Positions 22,488 through 31,952 of a stretch of DNA of 34,714 bases are shown here, in pieces. The stretch lies in IMG/VR virus record IMGVR_UViG_3300001846_000239, positions 78,281 to 112,994 of that record; one strand, written 5' to 3'. Within the stretch, counting starts at the first letter, position 1, and each line of letters starts with the position of its first letter. The notes under the pieces are model-generated. The model was given only the letters and a program-made list of their open reading frames with translations. It was not told the DNA's origin and ran no database searches. The DNA is from a virus. Both the position numbers and the translations under genes were made by a program.

Positions 22488-24971
22488 ATGGCAGGAACAC
22501 ATAACCCTACTAACGCTCATTTTACTTCTGATATAACTTCACCAGGTTATATTCAGTCAGTAGCTTCTTCTAAATCAAAAACTAAGGAGAATCTTAGAAC
22601 TCAAGAGTTAATGCCGGCCGAGATATTAGAAAACTCAGGCGGCATACAAATGCTGTTAGAAGCGTATTATACTTTCATGAATATGGAAGAATTTATCTAT
22701 ACGCAAAATGAAACTTATACGGATATTGTATTAGATGACAAAGCAGTATTTAGGGTTGATGATCCTAATAATGCTAATGATCATTTTTTCGTAGATGCGG
22801 ATGGCGGTGCTTCGACGCTAACTTTAACAGATAACGCTGGCACAGTCACTTCTTATACTTTAACATCTACTGAAGTTAATATTACTAATGGTAATAATTT
22901 ACCTGGTTCACTTGCGACTGCAACTACTCCGACCGGTAAAACTTTTAATGTCCAATTTAAAAGACCAACTGAAAGTGGTTATGTAAATTATAATACTCAG
23001 ACTGCCGTACTTACAACGCCCGTAAAATATTGGGCAGGCCCTGGTGCTTCATACGCTCTTAATACAATTGAAGAGTCTATGGATATTGATAGCACAGCCG
23101 CAGCTTATTTAGAATTAATTCAAAAAGAGATTGCGGCTGTTATCCCAAGAAGTATTCCGGTAAATAAAAGAAACCTATATAAAGCAATTATTCAGTATTA
23201 CCGAATAAGAGGTTCGGCTGATTCTATTGAGGTATTCTTTAGACTATTATTTGATGATGAGGTTGAAGTAAAATATCCGTGGGATGAAACTTTAATCCCT
23301 TCTTCAGGTAATTGGGAAGTAAACCCAGCATTACCTAAGGGTGGTATTTACTTGGATAAAAAAGGTTTCCTATCCGATACAATTAAAATACAAGATAGTT
23401 TGAGATATCAAAAATTCTCGTATCTGATTAGAACTGGTCAAAACCTTTCTTCATGGGATTATTTCTATGAGAGATTAGTACACCCTGCAGGCTTCAAATA
23501 TTTTGCTGAGATTCTGATTCAACTTATGATGACGAGAGAAGCACTTGGTGATGATCAAAAACTTTTAAGAGAACTAACATACGTTGGCGGTCCAAAGCAT
23601 GGACAATTAACGGGTGAAAGTTTCTTTGGCTATGGAAGAACAAATAGATTTACATTATCGTCAATGCCTGACATTCAGCCAGGTGTTATTGGTATTGAAG
23701 ATATTCCGTTATTAGTTGAAATATTTACGGCTATGTTCTTACCAGATACATCGGTACAGATACATGAATCAGCAAGACTATCTTTAACAGTAGAAACTAC
23801 TCCTTCGGATCCTAATTATGGTGAAGTTGTAGCAGTTGAAATTGTTGAACCAGGTTACGGATACCAGTCTGCACCTACAGTAACAGTAAATGGTATCGCT
23901 CAGTCAGGACAAACAATTACCGATGCTGTTATTACATTGTCGATCGATTCGAATGGTAAAGTTGATGGTGCAACTATTACTAATGGCGGTGCTAATTATC
24001 AATCAGCATTTGCTTCGGTAACAGCTAACCCGAACATATCTAAGATTGCTAATATTGATGTGGTGCCTGATCAGAATAAAAAATATTCTACTACACCAAA
24101 TATTATATTCGATGCTCCTACTTCGAAAGATTCTTTCGGTGTACTTTTACCGACAAACGTAACTGCTACCGGTAAATACCTATTAGAATCTACTTCTATT
24201 GATAGAATTGAAGTTACTAATGGCGGTTCTGGATATACATCAAGACCTCTAGTAATTATTACTCCACAAGCCGGTGGACCTGGTAGTGGTGCTTCAGCGA
24301 TTGCGCATATTGAAAATGGTCAAGTATCATATGTCGAAGTTGTTAACGGCGGATCTGGATATATTGAAAATCCTACTATTACAATTATTGGTAGTGCAAC
24401 AGCTGTTTCGCAGTTAGTACCTTCAAGAATTGCCTCAGCACAGATTATAAATCCTGGATTTGGATATGTACTTCCACCAAACGTATACATATCTTCTAAA
24501 GCTAAAAATGAAGATAGAGCTAAGACAACTCCAGTTAAAAGATTAGTAGAATGTAATTTCTCGGACGTAGATCCAGCATATACTAAAATCACAAATCCGG
24601 TTCAGACTAGTGGATCGGTAAGAGGAAGAACTCTTTTTGCGGCCCCATCCGGTACGGCCGAACCTTTAAGAGTTGGTGTACTTACTTCTGGTCAAGATTG
24701 GACTATATCACAGACTGGTACATCTAATGATAAATCTATGGGAGGTTACGAAGTAACTGCAGTAGCTTCAGGTTATAGATCTAGACCGGAAAACAATTAC
24801 TATAATTTAAAAAGTAATATATTAAACAATCACCAGTTGTACGGTTTTAACGCAACTTTAGAAGAATTAGGTGACGTAGAATTACAAAGTACTTCTATAA
24901 GTGATATAAATAAACATAACGTTAACAGTTTTGAAGATTCATATAATTATCCAATGGATTTGAATCCTTAA
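22488..24971 (+). CDS. gp7: Baseplate wedge initiator (gp7-like) with NGGSGY beta-repeats
   Basis: Motifs YYRIRGS..SIEVFFRLLF, IQDSLRYQKFSYLI and LVHPAGFKYF, with repeated I.V.NGGSGY...P; lies between gp6 and gp8. Confidence 0.7.
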   Translation: MAGTHNPTNAHFTSDITSPGYIQSVASSKSKTKENLRTQELMPAEILENSGGIQMLLEAYYTFMNMEEFIYTQNETYTDIVLDDKAVFRVDDPNNANDHFFVDADGGASTLTLTDNAGTVTSYTLTSTEVNITNGNNLPGSLATATTPTGKTFNVQFKRPTESGYVNYNTQTAVLTTPVKYWAGPGASYALNTIEESMDIDSTAAAYLELIQKEIAAVIPRSIPVNKRNLYKAIIQYYRIRGSADSIEVFFRLLFDDEVEVKYPWDETLIPSSGNWEVNPALPKGGIYLDKKGFLSDTIKIQDSLRYQKFSYLIRTGQNLSSWDYFYERLVHPAGFKYFAEILIQLMMTREALGDDQKLLRELTYVGGPKHGQLTGESFFGYGRTNRFTLSSMPDIQPGVIGIEDIPLLVEIFTAMFLPDTSVQIHESARLSLTVETTPSDPNYGEVVAVEIVEPGYGYQSAPTVTVNGIAQSGQTITDAVITLSIDSNGKVDGATITNGGANYQSAFASVTANPNISKIANIDVVPDQNKKYSTTPNIIFDAPTSKDSFGVLLPTNVTATGKYLLESTSIDRIEVTNGGSGYTSRPLVIITPQAGGPGSGASAIAHIENGQVSYVEVVNGGSGYIENPTITIIGSATAVSQLVPSRIASAQIINPGFGYVLPPNVYISSKAKNEDRAKTTPVKRLVECNFSDVDPAYTKITNPVQTSGSVRGRTLFAAPSGTAEPLRVGVLTSGQDWTISQTGTSNDKSMGGYEVTAVASGYRSRPENNYYNLKSNILNNHQLYGFNATLEELGDVELQSTSISDINKHNVNSFEDSYNYPMDLNP
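24905..24912 (+). promoter_or_regulatory. Late promoter (gene 8)
   Basis: TATAAATA about 90 nt upstream of the gp8 ATG. Confidence 0.6.
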
Positions 24972-25002
24972 TTCAATAACATAAATTTAATAGGAAAGAA
25001 AA

Positions 25003-26388
25003 ATGACGGCAATAGTAACTTCGAAATTCAGAACTCTGAATGCAGAAAATTTTAAAGAGGACATCGCAAACGATAGCGTGTATGTAGCTATCGGTAAATC
25101 TGATGCATGGTCAACTCAAACGGGTGATACTTCAGATGCGGAACCATTCACACCATACGATACATTAGACACTCTAACAGAAGCTAGAGAGCAAATCTTC
25201 GGTTTAAAGAAACTTGCTGCTGGTGATGCATCGCATGTTATTCCAAGACATACTTGGACTACTGGTACAAGATATTACGCTTGGGATTCTAATGATCCTG
25301 ACATTTTCGATAAGCCTTTCTATGTAATTACTTCTGAGTTTAAAGTATACAAGTGTATCTTTTCTCCAGTAACTGGATCTACTCAAGAGCCTTCACAAAC
25401 ATTGACTAATCCAACAGCCGAATCAGATGGTTATATTTGGAAATACATGTATACGGTTTCCGTCGCCGATGCAGAAAAGTTCCTTACAACCTCTTATATG
25501 CCTGTTAAAACTATTGATATTGATTCTTATGCTAATGATGCAGCTGCAGAGCTTGCTTTATCAGAGGGTGATTATGCACAATACCTAAACCAAAAAGCTT
25601 CAAGAGATTCTACTACAGCAGGTGGTATTGAAAGAATTGAAGTAACAGCTGGTGGTTCTGGCTATAATAATCCTTTTGATGGTGACGTTATAATTACTGG
25701 TTCAGGAACTGGAGCTACAGTTGCTGATGCGAACGTTACAGTTGATGGTTCTGGTGTTATTACTGGCATCGCACTTACAAATAAGGGAACAGATTATTCT
25801 GTTGCGCATATTCAAATTAAAGATGGCGGTGGTACTAGTGCGGCTGCTCGAGCTGTACTTTCTCCAGAAAATGGTCATGGTACAGATCCTGTTAAAGAAC
25901 TTGGTGGTTTCTTTGCAGCAGTTAATACACTTCTAAGTGGTACAGATGGTGGTGATCTTACTGTCGGTAACGATTTTAGACAAATTACACTTGTTAAAAA
26001 TCCATTTAATTTTGGTACAAGTACTGTTTCTACTGCGACAACATTACAAGCTAATGGCGCTTTGAACTTTGCTTCTACTACAAGTGCTTTCCAAGCAGAC
26101 GAACTTATTGAGCAAGGTGATACAAAAGCTTTTGTTGTTCATGTTGATTCGGCCACTGGATATGTTTATTATACTCAAAATTCAAAAACTGGATACGGTA
26201 GTTTTGTGACTGGATCAAACGTTTTAGGATTAACCTCTGGTGCTCAAGGTACGCCACCTAGTTCTGGATTCTTGATTGATCCAGAAGTTGATGTTCATAG
26301 TGGTGATATTATTTTCTTAGAGAATAGAAACCCAATTGATAGAACTGCATCACAGATTGAAGACATTAAAATTATTATTGAATTCTAA
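25003..26388 (+). CDS. gp8: Baseplate wedge subunit
   Basis: Motifs VIPRHTW, VYKCI, DGYIWKYMY, GHGTDPVKELG, DFRQI.L..NP and SGDIIFLENR.PI.R...QIEDIKIIIEF. Confidence 0.9.
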   Translation: MTAIVTSKFRTLNAENFKEDIANDSVYVAIGKSDAWSTQTGDTSDAEPFTPYDTLDTLTEAREQIFGLKKLAAGDASHVIPRHTWTTGTRYYAWDSNDPDIFDKPFYVITSEFKVYKCIFSPVTGSTQEPSQTLTNPTAESDGYIWKYMYTVSVADAEKFLTTSYMPVKTIDIDSYANDAAAELALSEGDYAQYLNQKASRDSTTAGGIERIEVTAGGSGYNNPFDGDVIITGSGTGATVADANVTVDGSGVITGIALTNKGTDYSVAHIQIKDGGGTSAAARAVLSPENGHGTDPVKELGGFFAAVNTLLSGTDGGDLTVGNDFRQITLVKNPFNFGTSTVSTATTLQANGALNFASTTSAFQADELIEQGDTKAFVVHVDSATGYVYYTQNSKTGYGSFVTGSNVLGLTSGAQGTPPSSGFLIDPEVDVHSGDIIFLENRNPIDRTASQIEDIKIIIEF

Positions 26389-26391
26389 TAA

Positions 26392-26399
26392 TATAAATA
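26392..26399 (+). promoter_or_regulatory. Late promoter
   Basis: Intergenic TATAAATA before 26419. Confidence 0.8.
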
Positions 26400-26418
26400 T
26401 TAGTTAAAGAGAGAACTT

Positions 26419-29400
26419 ATGACAACTACTAACATAAAAGCATATAACGACGGCCCATACTTTGATGATTACTTCAGAGATTATAATGGTGAAAATGTCG
26501 AAACTAAAGGATACCATAGAATCTTGTTTCGTCCTGGATTTGCTGTACAAGCTAGAGAGCTTACGCAAATGCAGACTATGTTACAAGCACAAATTGATAG
26601 ACACGGTCAATACGCTTTCAAAGATGGTTCTAGGGTTGTTAATGGTGAACTGTCTCTTAATATCGAATATGATTACATTAAAGTAGAGCCGTTATTTACG
26701 TACGGCGGAAATAATTATAATGCTAATAATTTAAATTTATTCGAGGGTACAACAATTACTGGTACATCAAATACCGGTAACCAAGTTACTGCTTTAGTTC
26801 TAAAAGCAGTTGTCACTGAAAACGGTGATCCAGATACTCTATACATCAAATATCAAAAGTCAGGTGATACTGATAATAGTGTAGAAACTTTTGCTCCAGG
26901 TGAAGCTTTCATTTCAAACGGCGATCCTAATAAGTATGGTATGGTCGGCGGAGGTACTAATCCTCAAGGCGATGGTCAAGCTTCTACGATTTCAAATCCA
27001 GTTGGTAAAGGATCTGCAGTTTCTATTACAGAAGGTGTTTACTTTATTTCAGGATGTTTTATACAAGTTCCTGCGAATACTATTATTCTAGACAAGTATA
27101 CAAATAGTCCTTCATATATTATTGGTATGAAAGTTACTGAAAGTGTTATTACTTCAGCGAATGATTCTACACTTGTTGATAATGCTCAGAATGTTCCAAA
27201 TACTTCAGCTCCTGGTGCCAATAGATATCAGATCTCCACTGAAATTATTAAAGAACCACTTAATATTGATAGCCGATCTGAAAATAGTTACATTACACTT
27301 TTGACTATTGAAAATGGTGTAGTTCAGGTTGATAAAACAGATAAAACAAGTGATACTGGTCTTACACTAAGATTAGCGCAAAGAACTTTCGATGAGTCTG
27401 GCGATTATATTGTCAAACCATTTGAATTAGAAATTTTAGAGCATCTAAACACAGGTACTAACTTTGGTAAGTATACCGCTGCGGACGGTGGTGATGCAGA
27501 TAAGATTGCAATCGGCATTGAACCTTCTACTGCTTATGTTCAGGGTTTTAGAAACCATAAAGTAGGAACTACTTATATCGACGTTGATAAGCCAAGAGGA
27601 AGCGATGCTACTGGATTCTTTAATGGATCTACTACTCAAATTAATATTGGTAATTACATTAAGCTAAGTAAAACCGGCCTTCAAGGTATTCCTGATCTTG
27701 ATACTTTTGAGCCTATTGAATTAAAAACTGCAGGCGGTTCTAAGATTGGTACAGCTAGAGTTCGAGGTATGGAATCACTTGCTACTCATGTAAGGTTATA
27801 CCTATTTGATATTAAGATGGACGGTTCAAACGTATTTGGTAGCGTTCATAAAGTTGCTTCCGCAGCTGGTGCAAGTATTGCATTCCAAGGTGATTTCCTA
27901 GCAGGTGAAGAAGGCACAAGATTTGATGTAGGTAATAATACTGCAATCTTCCAGCTACCATTTGCTGCAGTTAAAACTTTAGCGGATCCACAAAGAGACA
28001 CGATCTATAAAATCAAAAGAGAGTTTACTGGTACTGTTACTGGTACATCAGGCAATGAACAACTTTCAATTACAACTTCTGTAGGTGAATTTTCAGATGT
28101 AACTGATATTATTATTGCTCCTGTTGGTGCCGACATTAAAACTGAAAACTTGCAATATATAACATCAGGTGGTAATACTGATACTTCGATAGTATGGAAC
28201 GCAAGTGCTTCTGGCTTGAATATTTCTAGTGGAACAGTATGTAATGTTATTGCTACTATTCAGAAAAATATACAACCAAAGTCTAAGACTGATACAACTC
28301 AAACGCTTCCTATTACAGTGACTAATGGTAATCAATTGTCATACGATTTAGGAAAAGCTGACGTATATGAAATTGTGTCTATCACTGATGCTAATAATAT
28401 TGACCATACTGCAGACTTTACTCTTGACGACGGACAACGAGATAATTTCTACGAAGAAGCTAAAATGCTTAAATTGCCTGGAACAGCACCACTTCCATTA
28501 GGAAATCTAACTGTAGTATTTAAGTATTACAGCCACGGTTCTGGTGACTATTTCTGTGTTGACTCATATCCGACCGGCAATTATGCAAAGATTCCATCAT
28601 ACTCTGGTTCAGGCGGTACGTTCGAGCTTAGAGATTGTATCGACTTTAGGCCTGTTAAATCAGAACTTTCTGATGATTTTACAACTGGTAATGCTAGCTT
28701 ATCTGGTGCACCTAAAATTGGACATGGTCTACTTGCTGATGTTAACTATTACTTACCAAGGGTTGATAAATTAATCATTAAACGTGACGGTTCATTTGAA
28801 ATAATTAAAGGTGTGCCTTCAGATAATCCTCAACCTCCAGAAGATAAAAAAGATGGATTGACTTTATATCAATTGAGACTATTGCCTTATGTGTTTACGC
28901 TGAATGATATTACTCCGGTAATAAAAGATAACAAGCGTTATACTATGCGCGATATTGGTAAGCTAGAAAAAAGAATTAAGAATCTTGAATATTATACTTC
29001 GCTATCTTTGCTCGAACAATCTGCAGCAGATGTTCACATGGTAGATACAGCAGGCTTACCTAGATTTAAAAATGGTATTCTAGTAGATTCATTTAAAGAC
29101 CAATCAGTGGCTGATATGTCTCACCCAGAATGTAGCGAGTCGATTGATAAAGCAAATGGTGTTTTGAGACCAGAGTGTCCTACATCAAATGTAAACTTGA
29201 TCACTTCCGCAACTATTCCAGGAACTGCTCAAAAATCAGGTTCTGTTTGGACTATGCCTTTTACACAGGTAACTCACGTTAAACAGCCTTATGCTTCGGT
29301 TGCAATCAATGTTAACCCATATAACGTATTTACTTGGAACGGTAGAGTTCAACTATCTCCTGAGTCTGATGAGTGGAAAGAAACCGACGTAAGACCTGAT

Positions 29401-31707
29401 ATTATTATCGATGACGATGGTCAATACCAACAGTTTGTACAAAGAGCTAAAGAAGATGGTATCCTCGGTACTGTTTGGAATGAATGGGAAACTAACTGGA
29501 CCGGTCAACAGGTTGAAGTTGAAACTACAAGAAGAACAAGAGATCGTGGCGGTCAATGGTGGAACCGAATGGGTGGAAACCGCTGGTGGCAACGTCCTGG
29601 TAGAATCGGAAGAACAACAACTACAACTACAACTCTTACTCATAATCAGTCAAGATCTGGTTTAAGAACTGATGTTGCATTTGATACAGTAACGAGAGAA
29701 TCGGCTAACAGAGTTGTTGAAGTTAATTTTGTTCCATTCATGAGATCAAGAAAGATTTACTTTAAAGCGTCTAGAATGAAGCCTAATACTAAGCTTTATG
29801 CATTCTTTAATGACGTGAATGTTACAGCATTTTGTAAACAGGAAAGTTATCAGGAATGGTCAGAGACTTCTAATGTAGTAAATTATGCAAATGCCACTTC
29901 TCATCCGGATAGTGGTAGCGGCACGCTTACAACTGACGAAAGAGGCGCAATCGAAGGAACATTTATTATTCCTAGGAATAGTACTACGAAATTCAAGACT
30001 GGTACAAAGGAATTTAGATTATCTGATTCATCAGTTAATGATAAAACGACTGAAGGTACAGGTGCTGAAACTTTGTTCCATGCATCAGGTCTTATTGAAT
30101 CAACTCAAAGAACTATTACTAATACTAAAGTTCCTAGACTAGAAACAACTAGACTAAATCAAAATAGAGTTATAAGTGAAACCTTTACAAGAACAAGAAC
30201 TACTTGGTCTGATCCATTGGCGCAAACAATCTTGATTGAAAAAACTGGTGGTATTTTCGCAACCTCTATTGATCTGTTCTTCAAAACTAAATATCAAATT
30301 AAGACTGATGATAACGTAGAAATTCCAGTTTCAGTAAGTATTGTTACAAGTGAAAATGGTATTCCTACGCAAAATGTTGTACCTGGTACTGAGGTTGAGT
30401 TATATCCTGGTAGTGTTAATACTTCGGCTAATGCTACTTCAAGTACAAGATTTAATTTTGAGTTTCCAGTATATTTACAGCAAGACCAAGAATACGCGAT
30501 TGTTATTCAATCAGATTGTGATGAATATGAATGTTGGGTTGCTGAAATGGGTAAACAAGATGTTACAAATAACAACTTTAGAATTAATAAACAGCCACAC
30601 GGCGGTTCGTTCTTTACTTCTCAAAACGCTTCTACTTGGACTCCTGATCAAAGTAAAGATCTTAAGTTTACTCTTAACAGAGCACAGTTTAGTACCTCGG
30701 TATCTAAGAATGTTACATTCGTAAATGATGTTATTCCGGCTAAAGCTCTTAAAGCAGATCCTCTATCAACAACTAATGGTTCTGGAGTAATTACTGTTCA
30801 GCATCCTAACCATGGTATGTATGAATCAGGTTCCCAAGTTGTAATTGCTGGAGCAGTTGCTACTAATGGGATTGCGGCTAATAATATCAATGGTACACAT
30901 AGTATTTCAAATATAACACAGGATAGCTATACTATTACTGCTAAAAATAGTGATACAGCAAATGCTGATGGCTCGGGTGGTGATGTTGCAGTAACTGCAA
31001 CTGAAAATAAACACATGGATGTATGTCACTTGATTGCGGAACAAGTTATTCTTCCTGGCACTGACATTAGATATTACTTAACTACTGTTACCGGTCAGGG
31101 CGCTGATGGAAATGAACAAGCATATCAAGTTTCTGATGAGATTGAGATTCTACCTAACATGAATGAGTTCTTCTCGGCTCCTAAGTTGATTGCATCAGCC
31201 ATTAATGAAAACTCGAATAATAAGACGTTTATACTGAGAACAGTATTTACAAGTGAACAAGACCACTTAAGTCCAGTCCTTGATGCCAATAGATTGTCTG
31301 TTATTACTGTTCAAAACAGAATTGGTAATAACGGAAGTGTTGCTGAAACTAATGCATTTGGTGGTTCAGAACTATGTAAGTATATTACTAAGAAAGTTGA
31401 TTTGGCTGAAGAAGCTGATGTAATCGATGTATATATTTCTGCTAACAGGCCTGCAGGTACTGACATTGATGTATATTACAAAACAATGCCGGCTGGTTCT
31501 GATGACGATTTTGTTAATTTAGATTGGGTACTAGCTCAGCCTAATACTGTGATTCCAACTAATGATCAAGGTACATATAGCGAAGTGAAATATTCAATAG
31601 ATCCACCTGCAACATTTGGTTCAATGGCGTTTAAGGTTGTTCTAAAATCATTTAATACATGTACGCCTCCGACACTTAAAGACTTTAGGGCGATTGCAGC
31701 TACATAA
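26419..31707 (+). CDS. Large virion structural protein, VrlC/DUF4815-like
   Basis: Motifs PYFDDY, ILFRPGFAVQARELTQMQ, APGANRY, RTFDESGDY, YTMRDIGKLEKRI.NLEYYTSLSLLE, DPLAQT and SQNASTWT; follows gp8. Confidence 0.85.
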   Translation: MTTTNIKAYNDGPYFDDYFRDYNGENVETKGYHRILFRPGFAVQARELTQMQTMLQAQIDRHGQYAFKDGSRVVNGELSLNIEYDYIKVEPLFTYGGNNYNANNLNLFEGTTITGTSNTGNQVTALVLKAVVTENGDPDTLYIKYQKSGDTDNSVETFAPGEAFISNGDPNKYGMVGGGTNPQGDGQASTISNPVGKGSAVSITEGVYFISGCFIQVPANTIILDKYTNSPSYIIGMKVTESVITSANDSTLVDNAQNVPNTSAPGANRYQISTEIIKEPLNIDSRSENSYITLLTIENGVVQVDKTDKTSDTGLTLRLAQRTFDESGDYIVKPFELEILEHLNTGTNFGKYTAADGGDADKIAIGIEPSTAYVQGFRNHKVGTTYIDVDKPRGSDATGFFNGSTTQINIGNYIKLSKTGLQGIPDLDTFEPIELKTAGGSKIGTARVRGMESLATHVRLYLFDIKMDGSNVFGSVHKVASAAGASIAFQGDFLAGEEGTRFDVGNNTAIFQLPFAAVKTLADPQRDTIYKIKREFTGTVTGTSGNEQLSITTSVGEFSDVTDIIIAPVGADIKTENLQYITSGGNTDTSIVWNASASGLNISSGTVCNVIATIQKNIQPKSKTDTTQTLPITVTNGNQLSYDLGKADVYEIVSITDANNIDHTADFTLDDGQRDNFYEEAKMLKLPGTAPLPLGNLTVVFKYYSHGSGDYFCVDSYPTGNYAKIPSYSGSGGTFELRDCIDFRPVKSELSDDFTTGNASLSGAPKIGHGLLADVNYYLPRVDKLIIKRDGSFEIIKGVPSDNPQPPEDKKDGLTLYQLRLLPYVFTLNDITPVIKDNKRYTMRDIGKLEKRIKNLEYYTSLSLLEQSAADVHMVDTAGLPRFKNGILVDSFKDQSVADMSHPECSESIDKANGVLRPECPTSNVNLITSATIPGTAQKSGSVWTMPFTQVTHVKQPYASVAINVNPYNVFTWNGRVQLSPESDEWKETDVRPDIIIDDDGQYQQFVQRAKEDGILGTVWNEWETNWTGQQVEVETTRRTRDRGGQWWNRMGGNRWWQRPGRIGRTTTTTTTLTHNQSRSGLRTDVAFDTVTRESANRVVEVNFVPFMRSRKIYFKASRMKPNTKLYAFFNDVNVTAFCKQESYQEWSETSNVVNYANATSHPDSGSGTLTTDERGAIEGTFIIPRNSTTKFKTGTKEFRLSDSSVNDKTTEGTGAETLFHASGLIESTQRTITNTKVPRLETTRLNQNRVISETFTRTRTTWSDPLAQTILIEKTGGIFATSIDLFFKTKYQIKTDDNVEIPVSVSIVTSENGIPTQNVVPGTEVELYPGSVNTSANATSSTRFNFEFPVYLQQDQEYAIVIQSDCDEYECWVAEMGKQDVTNNNFRINKQPHGGSFFTSQNASTWTPDQSKDLKFTLNRAQFSTSVSKNVTFVNDVIPAKALKADPLSTTNGSGVITVQHPNHGMYESGSQVVIAGAVATNGIAANNINGTHSISNITQDSYTITAKNSDTANADGSGGDVAVTATENKHMDVCHLIAEQVILPGTDIRYYLTTVTGQGADGNEQAYQVSDEIEILPNMNEFFSAPKLIASAINENSNNKTFILRTVFTSEQDHLSPVLDANRLSVITVQNRIGNNGSVAETNAFGGSELCKYITKKVDLAEEADVIDVYISANRPAGTDIDVYYKTMPAGSDDDFVNLDWVLAQPNTVIPTNDQGTYSEVKYSIDPPATFGSMAFKVVLKSFNTCTPPTLKDFRAIAAT

Positions 31708-31721
31708 TAAGGAATATATAA

Positions 31722-31952
31722 ATGGCCGCTAAAAAAGTAAAAGTAAAAGATAATCCTTCATTAGAAAGGGATACCGCATCTTCAGCTATTATAAATACTA
31801 ATAGCGATGCATATTCTGCACGAAGGTTACAAATTAAACTTACAAAAGAAAAACAAATTCTTGATGCGCAGCAGACTGAGGATATAAATAATCTAAAGAA
31901 CGATGTAGCTGAGATTAAGAAGATGCTACAGCAATTAACTGGTGGAAAATAA
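31722..31952 (+). CDS. Small coiled-coil hypothetical protein
   Basis: TAAGGA RBS; LERD..S.AIIN...INNLKNDVAEIKKML pattern. Confidence 0.75.
   Translation: MAAKKVKVKDNPSLERDTASSAIINTNSDAYSARRLQIKLTKEKQILDAQQTEDINNLKNDVAEIKKMLQQLTGGK
31790..31890 (+). promoter_or_regulatory. Two late promoter boxes upstream of the fibre gene
   Basis: TATAAATA at 31790-31797 and 31883-31890. Confidence 0.55.
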
